From Ostrea edulis (Eukaryota): a stretch of DNA of 64,000 nt. Numbering within the stretch: position 1 is the first letter of the stretch; each line of letters starts with the position of its first letter. Below, in pieces: positions 45,299 to 58,425 of the stretch. The stretch covers positions 43,462,001-43,526,000 of the forward strand of contig NC_079172.1 of assembly GCF_947568905.1 (NCBI RefSeq), in the 5' to 3' direction. The position numbers and the translations under genes were made by a program. The notes under the pieces are model-generated. The model searched no databases. It had not been told where the DNA came from and saw only the letters and a list, made by a program, of their open reading frames with translations.

Positions 45299-47494
45299 AT
45301 GAACAATTTCTCTCACGGTCATGCACATGACTGCAGTGCCCACTCTTCTGGTGCTCCATCAGTCCATCAAACCATGGATGAGATGGAATTTGAGAGAGGT
45401 ATATGGTCATACGCCTTGTCTGGAGATTATGCGGAAGTACGTAAACGATTAGATAAAGGGGAGAACGTAAACATAAAGGACAGCTCTGGATACACCGCAC
45501 TGGTAAATACGCTGTTTGACATTTCTGGTGTTCATTTTGCTTTGACACTCTCCTTATCCGTTATTCTTACCAGGTGTCATATGGATCTTTTTAAGTGCAG
45601 AACTGTAGCTCTTTGGGGGGGGGGGGGGGGGGGGATGAGATCGATTAATAAGAAAACCTATGACTTACTGTACAAATTTCCCTGTACTTTGACATAGCCT
45701 CAAAATTTTATTTCAAAAAAATTATTTTCCGCCTACACCTGTGATTGTAGTAGTTAGCCGGGTTCAATCGCCATTGGCCAGATAGCTCAGTTGGTAGAAA
45801 ACCTTCAACAGGTTGGGAACACTTCCCCTATAGCGAGATATTCTCGCTAAAACGCGATTATCCCTCTCTAGCGAGAATAAATATATCGCGTACAACAGAG
45901 AAAAACACCCGCGGAGTACATCTTTTTGTGATTCGATTCACGTGAAAAGAAGAAAAATTGCTAAAATGTTTGATACTTCTGCAAATATACGAATCAAAAC
46001 AAAAACACTCATGATGTGTATTGGATTTTAGACTGCTTCCCTAGTCTTACCCAGCAACTTTGATATGCAATTTCATTACTATGTTGTCAATTTCATAGAA
46101 ACAATTCGCATCATGTTGAGTGCGTATCGCACTTATTCAGCGTTGCACGGGATTTGCCATTATTGTCAATAAAGACGCCAAAACTCCTGTTTATGGTAAT
46201 GTTTATTTCTCGCTAAAGAGGGATAATCGCGTTTTAGCGAGAATATCTCGCTATAGGGGAAGTGTTCCCAACCTGTTCCAAGATTTAGATCGAGGGCCAG
46301 GGTTCAAATCCCTGGAGTCTGGTCCATTGCATTTTCTCCCTTTCCGGTTACTTGACAAAACATCTGCAAACATTTATCAATGCAGTAATGCTCCATTGGA
46401 AGTTATCTAAGAAAATTCATGGCTTCAATAAAGTTCTACTGGTTAATTGGCTGAGTGACTAAACTTTTTTATTCTTGTACTCTGTGTAAGCATGTAGTTT
46501 TATTATAAATACAGGTACTTTTTAGTGTATGCTCATTGCTACCATGTGTATATTTCTATACTATCAGATTAAAATACAGATCTGAGTGCGGTATTTGAGA
46601 GATCTGTATTTTAATCCGATTGATTTATATTTGATAACTCAGGTATCTTGTGCATGTTTATATGCATTGTTGCAAACCATGGGGTATTGTTTCATTCTAT
46701 TTCACAATTGTGAAATAGAATGAAACAATAACCTGTGGTTTGCGACGATGGTTTATATGGTGGTTTTAATCGTCATGTATTTTAATTTCCAAAAGGGGCT
46801 ATAACTCTGATATCATTATGTCTATATAAAGCTACTTGTATGTTGTCTGTGTGATGTGTGGTCAGTTTTTGATTTCAGCATTATGCCAGTAGAAATAATC
46901 ACCTAAGTATCTGTGAACTGCTACTAAAATCTGGGGCAGATGTGAATTGTGTTACCAAATCAGGAGTTACTCCCCTTCATAGAGCTGCATATAGGGGAAA
47001 CACAGAGATTGTACAATTATTATTACGGGGAGGGGCAAGTCCATCTGCACAGGATTGTGACGGAAAAACTGCACTTCATAAGGTACTCCATGTTTTATCT
47101 GTGAAGTTTTTGTATTATAACTTTTATGGTGTTCATAATTCTAAGACCATTTAAAATCAGTTCCATAGTCAAACCACAAGAATAGCTTTTATTCGAAATA
47201 TAGATTTAAATAACAAAATTCACTACACACTTAGGTATAAGTTTATATAGTCCATTTCTAGTTTGATGATCAAGAGAATGGTCCACCTTAAAACTTTAAT
47301 TTTCTGAAACCAATATATTCATTTTTTTTTTACAGGCAGTGGAAATGGAGAGAAGTGACATAATAGATCTGCTTGTTGAAAAGGTTCCAGAGTGTTTACT
47401 CATAAAAGACAACAAAGGACAGTGTCCCGTGTCATATGTGAAGGACCAGAATAGTCAAATGTACAACAGACTAAAGCCCCAGAATCCCTTTTGA
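45299..47494 (+). CDS. ANKRD39: Ankyrin repeat domain-containing protein 39, 188 aa, 3 exons
   Basis: join(45299-45502, 46879-47082, 47336-47494). N-terminal HDCSAH...SVHQTMDEMEFERGIWSYAL is typical of ANKRD39. Ankyrin repeats: GYTALHYASRNNH, GVTPLHRAAYRG, GKTALHKA. Confidence 0.92.
45746..46352 (+). mobile_element. Solo tRNA-containing LTR of the TRIM family, split by a MITE
   Basis: tgtagtagttagccgggttcaatcgccattggccagatagctcagttggtaga | MITE | gggttcaaatccc...tctggtccattgcattttctcccttt. Near-match 4-bp flanks tgat/tgac. Confidence 0.75.
45807..46277. mobile_element. 471-bp MITE with ~75-bp TIRs (first 61 bp perfect)
   Basis: aacaggttgggaacacttcccctatagcgagatattctcgctaaaacgcgattatccctct and its exact reverse complement. 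TSD unresolved. Confidence 0.9.
46685..46730. repeat. Perfect 46-bp spacerless palindrome
   Basis: tattgtttcattctatttcacaa|ttgtgaaatagaatgaaacaata, with imperfect extension to ~46669-46746. Confidence 0.95.
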
Positions 47495-48709
47495 AATCGA
47501 CCACCTTCCCAAGTGCAACAAACTATTAAAGGTCCAAGAATCATTTCCCCTTCTACAACAGACCAAGGCCTCAGAATCCCAGTTGAAATTGACCATCTTC
47601 CCTCGCAACAGACCAAAGTTTCAGGCTCTCAGCATACCTGTTGAAATCTACCATTTCCTCTGTACAACAGACTAAGGTCCACGAGTCCCTACTGAAATTG
47701 ACCATTTCCACATTTCAATAGAACACAACATCATGTTAGTTAAGATCTCAACAAAATGTAGAACAAGTTCTAGAGGGAGTAATAACATTTACACACCAGA
47801 AGCAAAATAAGTGAGATCAAAAGATCGACCTTAATTGTAATTCAATAGATGCCCGGGTACATGCTTGTTACAGTGTGGTTTAGTGGACATATCATTATGA
47901 AACAATGAACTTTGTTTTAAATACGAAATTTCCTATTAAAATCTTAATACGGTAGAAAATTATACAGAAATAAAACAATGCATTGGTCCATTTATAAAAC
48001 CAGGTTAACGCGGTTTATGCATGTATAAAAACAATAACAAAAAAAGACAACTTTTGTCTGCTTTTTATTGAAAAAGGAAAGACTCATACAAAATAAAACT
48101 GTCTTAAGGTATATCGATCCTCATGTGATGTCATAAGTTAATTTTATTCACAGGATAAAATAAAAAATCAGATATAAAACTATTGATAATGAAAAAGTTA
48201 ATATTTTCCATTATTTATGAAAAAAAAATGTCAAGGGCAATAACTACTATGCTGGTATTTCCTCTACTGTATGTCTAATATGCTATGGTTTTCCTAATAT
48301 TCACAATTGATTTGTACATATTTATAAATTACAATATTGCAGGTTTTTTTTACTGTTGACATTAAAAACATGTCATGCAAACAAGTTTTTATCTATTTTT
48401 ATTCTGTTTTACAAAACTGTGTTATTTTCTGATGTTGACTTATACTTCTGTTTTTGTTGGTCTACCATCTTAAAAACGGTGGCAACATACACATTTTCTT
48501 CGGTCATTAATTAAATTATACTATATTGAGTGGAAATTAATAGTTTTTCCACTTTCAACCATTAATATTTTTAAGTCACATGAAGATGGAGCTACCTTAA
48601 TATCTGTACAGAATTCAACACAATTATTGCATTGCGTAAAATGATATGTATGCATGTAAAATATATAGAACATTACGACACAACCTCGCACTTGCTAAAA
48701 GTATGCTTA

Positions 48710-48784
48710 CAGTGCTCCCTCCATATATTGCCCCTGTTATAATGCCACCCCTGCTCAAGTCTGCATTATATAGAGGGAGCACTG
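48710..48784. mobile_element. 75-bp Tc1/mariner-like mini-MITE
   Basis: ta|cagtgctccctc ... gagggagcactg|ta. Confidence 0.7.
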
Positions 48785-50479
48785 TACATTCATTATTGTG
48801 TATAATATAATAATAATGGTATCCTTCATCTTAAAAAAACAACATTACATTGATACATCAAAGTGTAATAATAATATAAAAAGATACAGCCCAGAGGTCC
48901 AAGATTTAAACTGTCAAAGAGAAAAATTACATACTGTACTCCTGTTTTTCTGAATTTTAATTTATAGGGAAAAAAAAATTAATTTCAGTATACTGGACAT
49001 AGAAATAATATATATATTCATGCACTACAGGATAAGTGTTTTGATTTCTATGAAAAGGAATTTTAATGTTCAATGGGAGAGTATTTTAGGTAACCAACAA
49101 AAAAAAAAAAATAATACTTAGTTTCAAAAGCTTTCTGCAATTTATATATACATATCAGTGCCCTAATTAGAAGTAAGAATCAGCAAATAAATAATTCTAA
49201 GAATCTATTCTTGCACTGTGAAACGCATCATCAGAACCCACAAGGTTTCTCTCCATTCCACTTGCATTAACGGAGAGAAAACCCGTGGACTCCAGCGATA
49301 TGTGAAACACGGACTCCTACGATATGTGAAACACATTTTTACTGGGACTGTACTTTATTAGGGTAGATATTATAGAATAGACTTGTTATTGAGGATTAAT
49401 GGTATTGCAATAAATCATATTACATCAATGAGTGTATACCAGAGAAAGGTCAAGTGCAAAAAAAAAAAAGAATCTTTCAAAGACATGATAAAAAAATCTT
49501 GATTATACATGTAAATGTACACAGATTTACATAAAAGACGAAGTACATACCCACTGATAATAAATTAGTAAGAAATGGTTTTTATGTTATTATAAAAGGT
49601 CTATGATATTATAAAGAATGTAACAAATTTACTGTTTACAGATGAATATATGGTTCAAGTGTTAAAAAACATATTGAGAGTAGTTGTATGGTCACAAAAT
49701 TAATCTAGTTTGTGGTAAATGCATGTAAACATTCAAAGTTTGAAAAAATCCATATCCTATTCATATACAAATTATCAGAACCTATTTTAGAGATAAAGGA
49801 CGGTTATTGATGAGTTTCTTTAATTAATAAAATATACAGAATATATATGCTACTTGAAAACACAACAAACAAGGTTTTTAACATGTTAAGATGCTGCAAT
49901 TGAATTTTGGATGGAAATGAAGCTAGATTTGATTTTAAATTAAAAATGGAGGGATTCAGACATCTGCTAGGATCATCAGCTCAAACTGAAATCATCTCGG
50001 TTCTGCAGAAACGTTTTAACAGAATGTACAGCAGCATGAAAAGGGTGAAGTCTTTTCGGTCATTGATGGAAAATTCATCATGCACCAGTATTATCCAAGT
50101 ATGAATATTACAGACAATGCTAATATACTACACAACCAGTCAAAATACTGGTACTCAATCTCAGAAACCAACAAGTCCAAATATTGTATTGAACCATCAC
50201 AAATGTGCCAAAAAAGTGATATGATTAATGATTGCCCAAAACTTAAGAAACATTACATGTTCATATGTTTTGAATCTTGCGCAAAATTTGCAACAGATTA
50301 AATCACGGAATGTATCTTGTGTTAATAATCACAAGCAACATATTGTACATCAGCATCACAACACAATGATTATCAAATAAAATGATTATGTATATGATAT
50401 GTTTTGTAGATCAAATGGCACATTTCACACCAATAAAAAAACAAATGAAACCGTACCGAAGAAACCCGACAAGAAGAGT

Positions 50480-50820
50480 TTACCTTAAAAATAATTATGC
50501 ACTCTTACAAACATAACAAAAGTTAACCTTACAAATAATTATACTCTTACAAACCTAACAAAAGTTAACCTTTATACAAATAATTATACTTTTACAAACC
50601 TAACAAAAGTTAACCTTTATACAAATAATTATACTTTTACAAACCTAACAAAAGTTAACCTTACAAATAATTATACACTCTTACAAACCTTACAAAAGTT
50701 AACCTTACAAATAATTATACACTCTTACAAACATAACAAAAGTTAACCATACAAATAATGCACTCCAAATCCAACAAAAATTAACCTTACAAATAATTAT
50801 GCACTCTTACAAACATATCA
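50480..50820. repeat. ~40-bp minisatellite
   Basis: aaataattatactcttacaaacctaacaaaagttaaccttac variants, about 8 copies. Confidence 0.85.
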
Positions 50821-51044
50821 AGGTATACCTCACAACTGGCATTCATAGAAGTTGAATTACTGTATAACAGGTATTTTCTGTGGCTAGAAATTTGTGCGAT
50901 CTGATCCCTAAAAGGTAACAAAATCTATTGTGTTTCCAATTTCTGCAGTAGATTATAATGTCTATCTATACCTATTTGTATCGATATATGTAATTTTTGC
51001 GGAATTTTTATTGTCTGAAAACACTGGACAACCACAGAAATGCC

Positions 51045-51250
51045 TGTTACACGGACGTTCTGACTTTAATAAGGTACAGTAAATCCTTTATACGGACGTT
51101 CTGACTTTAATAAGGTACAGTAAATCCTTTATACGGACGTTCTGACTCGAATAAGGTACAGTAAATCCCTGTTATACGCACGTTCCGACTTTAATAAGGT
51201 ACAGAAAATTCCTGTTATAAGGTAGTTCTGACTTTAATAAGGTACAGTAA
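51045..51250. repeat. ~42-bp minisatellite
   Basis: acggacgttctgactttaataaggtacagtaaatcc variants, about 5 copies. Confidence 0.85.
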
Positions 51251-51613
51251 AATCTGTTTAATCCTCCACCTGTGTACTCCATTTCACTATGAATTCCGAC
51301 CCTGCTGTCATTCCCAATTCTCTTTCTCCCTCATGTTCTTTACACTATGTAATCCGACATTCTGTGTAATCCGACCTCCTGTCCAATCCAATATCAAAAG
51401 AATCTTCCAGAGCATGTCGGATTAGAAAGGGTTCACCCACATCCGGAAGTTTATTGAAAGTTGACACAAGGTGTAAATTTATAAGCATAGAAGTTTCTTT
51501 CAAAACACAATGTTTTCTAATAAGTTACACAGCAAATCACATCATGTGATTTAGTTCACAAATATTTCACATCAGTGGGAAAAATCAGATGCAAGAATAT
51601 GTTGTAAATGTGC

Positions 51614-54600
51614 TTACATATGCACATTACCCTCTTTGACATTAAACTTGGGTGCTGAATTTTTGAAATTTTTGTAGTTGGCTGCTACATGTCGTATATA
51701 ACCTTTCCGCACTCCCCAAACAACTAGTCCCACAAAAATGCCTATCCCAATGATAACGAGTAACGCGGACAGTCCAACGGTGAGCCCAATCTGTAGGGAC
51801 TGGTCCTTCTCTTTAGTTAGAGGGGGGGATACTGCAATATATAAAATATACATTCTGATTATAATAATTTTGATGTATTTTTACAGTCAGGCTTCATTTA
51901 CCTCCTATTGTATGCAAACATTTCTAGACACTTCAGCTACTGGATATTTCCTGGTACCCTATACTTTGCATATTCATTTCTTGCGCGCTCTTCTACATCA
52001 GGACATTTCATTTGCCTTGAACTAATGTATCCAGATTGAAGCATTTTAATGTGTGAAATGTCAATCTTTGTTAGATTCTGTAATCCCATTTGCCGCTAGT
52101 TTATGAGTATGATGTACATGTATATACACACAGCCAGACTTATATACAAACAAATGATATCAGGTGATACACTGTGTATCCATGGAAAGGTTAGAAATTT
52201 GTTTTTGAATTTTTTCCCCAAATGCTCCAATAATACACGATCATTTTGACTTTAGTTTGGCCCTGGCATTTGTGAAATAATATTTCTACAATGTTTATTA
52301 CAAGCCCATGTAGAGAGCAGAGAACTCATTAGAAACTTTCTTTTCAATGATATTCATTGAGAAAGCCAAAGGGAGATTCAACAGGGTGTGTGTATAGGCA
52401 TATTATGTTATAATACATCATACAAAGAAATATGAAAACAAATAGAGTACATCACTAGGGTACCTGTATGTAAAATGTCTGTCTGATTACATCACTAGGG
52501 TACCTGTATGTAATATGTCTGAGTACATCACTAGGGTACCTGTATGTAATATGTCTGTCTGAGTACATCACTAGGGTACCTGTATGTAATATGTCTGAGT
52601 ACATCACTAGGGTACCTGTATGTAATATGTCTGAGTACATCACTAGGGTACCTGTATGTAATATATCTGTCTGAGTACATCACTAGGGTACCTGTATGTA
52701 ATATGTCTGTCTGATTACATCACTAGGGTACCTGTATGTAATATGTCTAAGTACATCACTAGGGTACCTGTATGTAATATGTCTAAGTACATCACTAGGG
52801 TACCTGTATGTAATATGTCTGTCTGATTACATCACTAGGGTACCTGTATGTAATATGTCTGTCTGATTACATCACTAGGGTACCTGTATGTAATATGTCT
52901 GTCTGATTACATCACTAGGGTACCTGTATGTAATATGTCTGTCTGAGTACATCACTAGGGTACCTGTATGTAATATGTCTGTCTGAGTACATCACTAGGG
53001 TACCTATATGTAATATGTCTGATTACATCACTAGGGTACCTGTATGTAATATATCTGTCTGAGTACATCACTAGGGTACCTGTATGTAATATGTCTGTCT
53101 GAGTACATCACTAGGGTACCTGTATGTAATATATCTGTCTGAGTACATCACTAGGGTACCTGTATGTAATATATCTGTTTGATTACATCACTAGGGTACC
53201 TGTATGTAATATGTCTGTCTGAGTACATCACTAGGGTACCTGTATGTAATATGTCTGTCTGAGTACATCACTAGGGTACCTGTATGTAATATGTCTGTCT
53301 GAGTACATCACTAGGGTACCTGTATGTAATATGTCTGTCTGAGTACATCACTAGGGTACCTGTATGTAATATGTCTGATTACATCACTAGGGTACCTGTA
53401 TGTAATATGTCTGTCTGAGTACATCACTAGGGTACCTGTATGTAATATGTCTGTCTGAGTACATCACTAGGGTACCTGTATGTAATATGTCTGTCTGAGT
53501 ACATCACTAGGGTACCTGTATGTAATATATCTGTCTGAGTACATCACTAGGGTACCTGTATGTAATATATCTGTCTGATTACATCACTAGGGTACCTGTA
53601 TGTTATATATCTGTCTGAGTACATCACTAGGGTACCTATATGTAATATGTCTGATTACATCACTAGGGTATCTGTATGTAATATGCCTGTCTGGAACTAA
53701 ATGAGCATGATGCATATCTATGTTTCAATGCTTGAACAGAAGCAGTAACACGTAAATTGCAATTCAAAACCTTCTGTACTTCTAAGTCGTGACACAACTC
53801 CCCTCAATATGCATAATCTGCAAGGTCAAGTTTGATGATCCTCTAAGCTTCACAATGTGAAAGATATGATCCAGACGCAATTTGTATATGTTTTACCATA
53901 GAATTCCAAAAAGTTTGCAACAAACCTTTCCTCCTAACATGCATTAACTGACCAAGTTCGATGGCGCAAAGACATGATTTGAGTAATTCCAGAATGAGGC
54001 CATAGTGACTTGCCGTAAATATGCATCAACTGACTAAGTTTGATAGTCCCAAGCCTCGCAGTGTGAGTTATGACCTGGACATGAGAAAGCTTTACAGACA
54101 AGTGGATGTAAATGGGAAAGGTTATACATGTATCATGACATGGCCAATCAAAAGACAAGACACTTTGTGATAGCTTATACATATATCATGACATGGCCAA
54201 TCAATAGACAAGACACTTTGTGATGGCTTATACATGTACCGTGACACAGCCAATCAAAAGACAAGACACTTTGTGATGGCATATACATGTATCATGACAC
54301 CGTCAATCAAAAGACAAGACACTTTGTGATAGCTTATACATGTATCATGACACCGCCAATCAAAAGACAAGACACTTTGTGATAGCTTATACATGTATCA
54401 TGACATGGCCAATCAAAAGACAAGACACTTTGTGATAGTTTATACATGTATCATGGCATGGTCAATCAAAAGACAAGACACTTTGTGATAGCTTATCCAT
54501 GTACCATGATGGCTTATACATGTACCATGACATGGCCAATCAAAAGACAAGACACTTTGTGATAGCTTATACATGTACCGTGACATGGCCAATCAAAAGA

Positions 54601-56428
54601 CAAGACACTTTGTGATAGCTTATACATGTACCATGACATGGCCAATCAAAAGACAAGACACTCTGTTATAGTTTAACAAGAGGCCCATGGACCACATCGC
54701 TCACCTGAGTCACCTTAGTCCATATCAGAAGATTTTCCATATCTATTTGCATGTAAAACCGTAGTCCCTATTATGGCCCCAAACCTACCCCTGGAGGCCA
54801 TGGTTTTTGCAAACTTGAATCTACACTATGTCAGAAAGCTTTCATGTAAATGTGAACTTCTTTGGCCCAATGGTTCTTGAGAAGAAGATTTTTAAAGATT
54901 TTCCCTATATATTTGTATGTAAAACTTTGATCCCCTATTGTGGCCCCATCCTACTCCAGGGGGGCATGATTTTAACAAACCTGAATCTGCACTATATCAG
55001 AAAGCTTTCATATAAATCTCAGCTTTTCTGGCTTAGTGGTTCTGGGAAGAAGATTTTTAAAGATTTTTCCTATATATTTGTATGTAAAACTGTGATCCCC
55101 TATTGTGGCCCCATCCGACCCCAGGGGGCCATGATCTTAACAATTTATAATCTGCACTATATCAGGAAGCTTTCATATAAACCTCAGCTTTTCTGACTCA
55201 GTGGTTCTTGAGAAGAAGATTTTAAAAGATTTTTCCTATAAATTTGTATGTAAAACTTTGATGCCCCCCTTGAGGCCCCATCCAATCCCCGGGGTCCATG
55301 ATTTTAACAAACTTGAATCTGCACTATATCAAAAAAAAAAAAAACCCGAAAAAAAAAACCCAAACAACAAAAAAAAACAAACTTTGACCCCCTATTGTGG
55401 CCCCATCCGATCCCCGGGGGCCATGATTTTAACAATTTAGAATCTGTACTATATCAGGAAGCTTTCATATAAATCTCAGCTTTTCTGGCTCAGTGGTTCT
55501 TGGGAAGAAGATTTTTAAAGATTTTTCCTATATATTTGTATGTAAAACTTTGACCCCCCCTATTGTGGCCCCATCCGACCCCCGGGGGCCATGATTTTAA
55601 AAATTTAGAATCTGTACTATATCAGGAAGCTTTCATATAAATCTCAGCTTTTCTGGCTCAGTGGTTCTTGAGAAGAAGATTTTTAAAGATTTTCCCTATA
55701 TATTTGTATGTAAAACTTTGATCCCCTATTGTGGCCCCATCCGACCCCCGAAGGCCATGATTTTAACAATTTAGAATCTGCATTATATAAGGAAGCTTTC
55801 ATATAAATCTCAGCTTTTCTGGCTCAGTGGTTCTTTAGAAGAAGATTTTTAAAGATTTTCCCTATACATTTGTATGTAAAACTTTGATCCCCTATTGTGG
55901 CCCCATCCGACCCCTGGGGGCCATGATTTTAACAATTTAAAATCTGCATTATATAAGAAAGCTTTCATATAAATCTCAGCTTTTCTGGCTCAGTGGTTCT
56001 TGAGAAGAAGATTTTTAAAGATTTTCCCTATATATTTGTATGTAAAACTTTGATCCCCTATTGTGGCCCCATCTGACCCCGAGGGGCCATGATTTTAACA
56101 ATTTAGAATCTGCACTACCTAATAATTAAAGCTTATCTATAAATTTCATCTTTTCTGGCCCAGTGGTTCTTGAGAAGAAGATTTTTTAATGACCCTACCC
56201 TATTTTTACCTTTTCTTGATTATCTCCCCTTGGAAGATGGCCTGGCCCTTTATTTTAACAATTTAGAATTCCCTTTACCTAAGGATGTTTTGTGCCAACT
56301 TTGATTGAAATTGGCCCAGTGGTTGTTGAGAAGAAGTTGAAAATGTGAAAAGTTTACGGATGGACGGACAGACGGACGGACAGACGGACGGACAGATGGA
56401 CGGACGGACGGACGGACGCCGGAATATG

Positions 56429-56476
<48 letters not shown>

Positions 56477-58384
56477 TGTACCGTGACATGGCCAATCAAA
56501 AGACAAGACACTTTGTGATAGCTTATACATGTACCATGACATGGCCAATCAAAAGACAAGACACTTTGTGAGAGCTTATACGTGTACCATGATGACATGG
56601 CCAATCAAAAGACAAGACACTCTGTGATAGTTTAAAAATGTACCGTGACATGGCCAATCAAAAGACAAGACACTTTGTGATGGCATATACATGTATCATG
56701 ACACCGCCAATCAAAAGACAAGACACTTTGTGATAGCTTATACATGTACCATGACACGACCAATCAAAAGACAAGACACTTTGTGATAGCTTATACATGT
56801 ACCATGACATGGCCAATCAATAGACATGACAATTTGTGATAGCTTATACATGTATCATGACATGGCCAATCAAAAGACATGACACTTTGTGATAGCTTAT
56901 ACATGTATCATGACACAGCCAATCAAAAGACAAGACACTTTGTGATAGCTTATACATGTATCATGATACAGCCAATCAAAAGACAAGACACTTTGTGAGA
57001 GCTTATACATGTACCATGACATGGCCAATCAAAAGACAAGACACTTTGTGAGAGCTTATACATGTACCATGACATGGCCAATCAATAGACATGAGATATC
57101 AAAGGATTACTTCATGATAGAGAACCCTCAGAATGCATGATTTTACTTCTTATCTTAGAAAAAATTTCTGGAGGAGCACACCAGTATCGTGGATACAACC
57201 ATATACATGCCCAGTCATGGTGTACAACAAGCAAGCATATTACTACTATCTTTATGACTCGTACTAAAACATGTATACCTTCTAATGTTGTGAGAGTGAA
57301 ATTACTAAAATAAATTATTAATTGGTTTTGTAATATGGGCGTGATAATTCCAGAAACATGCCTACCTTCTAGTGTTGTGAGAGTGAAATTACTAAATAAG
57401 TTCTTGATTGGTTTCGTAATATGGGCGTGATAATTCCATCCGGTGGTCGATTGGACAAGTTTTCCGGTGATTTCGAATTCTCCGTTTGGTGGGATACGAT
57501 TACTAGTAGCCATGTAAACTGTAGCCTTGCTGAACTGAATGGTGAAATTTGGTGCATTCAGAAGATGTCCTCCTACAAAATCCAATGTACATATATATGA
57601 TTTAAATAAAATAAGCATGCATCCCTTACATCTGCAACTCTTATTCATACAGTGAAGCCCCAGTAAATATATAAGTCTGATTCCAACTGAATGGCAATTT
57701 GTTTTGTAAATACAAAATAATGGCCAAAAGTTTTATATCAGTAATTCAGAGAAATAACTGCCACATGGACACGATTTGAGGATGAAAATTTTCTATTTTC
57801 ATTTTACCATTTTTAATGTTTACAATGCTTAACTACAGGATTTCTATTGGTCACAACAGGCTTGTGGAAAACCACTTACCAATGTGAGTAATATTTGCTG
57901 TGGGCAATTAGATATTAAAAATCACCTCGTCCACATGGCGACAGAATTTTCTCCCTGAACATTTTAGGATGTGCTTTCCTTTTCAATAAAACATTATAAT
58001 AACTTAGATTATTTGTGTCATGTACCGAGCAGATGCTAAGCTAAGCACAGGTTACGTCAAGTATATATGACTTAGACTAGTTGCGTATAAACAATGTAGT
58101 CATTTATTGAAAGGATTTCAAAACCCAGAAGAGAAATACTAACAGAGACCATTACTTCCATGTTATTCTACATTATGCATTCATAAAGAACAGGTCTTTT
58201 CAACATGTTCAAGTGGGAATGGCACCCAAATGCAAGGTCTTCTAGACAGTACCATATAATCATGATGCTTTGTTGGGTATTTAATGTGAGTTATCAATTA
58301 TAAATCTGTGGAAGAATTTTCTATAATTTGACCTTGAAAAATGTGTGACACTGTGCTTTTACAAGATATACACATGTATATACA

Positions 58385-58425
<41 letters not shown>

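Noticed and set aside
49907-50301. Short plus-strand ORFs between ANKRD39 and the membrane-protein gene
   Set aside because: There are no motifs or convincing splice partners; this is probably UTR or intergenic DNA.
53700-53830. Extra exon of the membrane-protein gene
   Set aside because: All three frames contain stops, and the 57366 donor joins 51831 in frame without it.
672-57095. CRISPR-like arrays
   Set aside because: All arrays are head-to-tail tandem repeats without unique spacers, there are no cas genes, and the context is eukaryotic and spliced.
57112-57648. 178-aa single-exon gene
   Set aside because: The core is an internal exon (57366-57572) of the membrane-protein gene; the rest is intron plus the 87-bp duplication.
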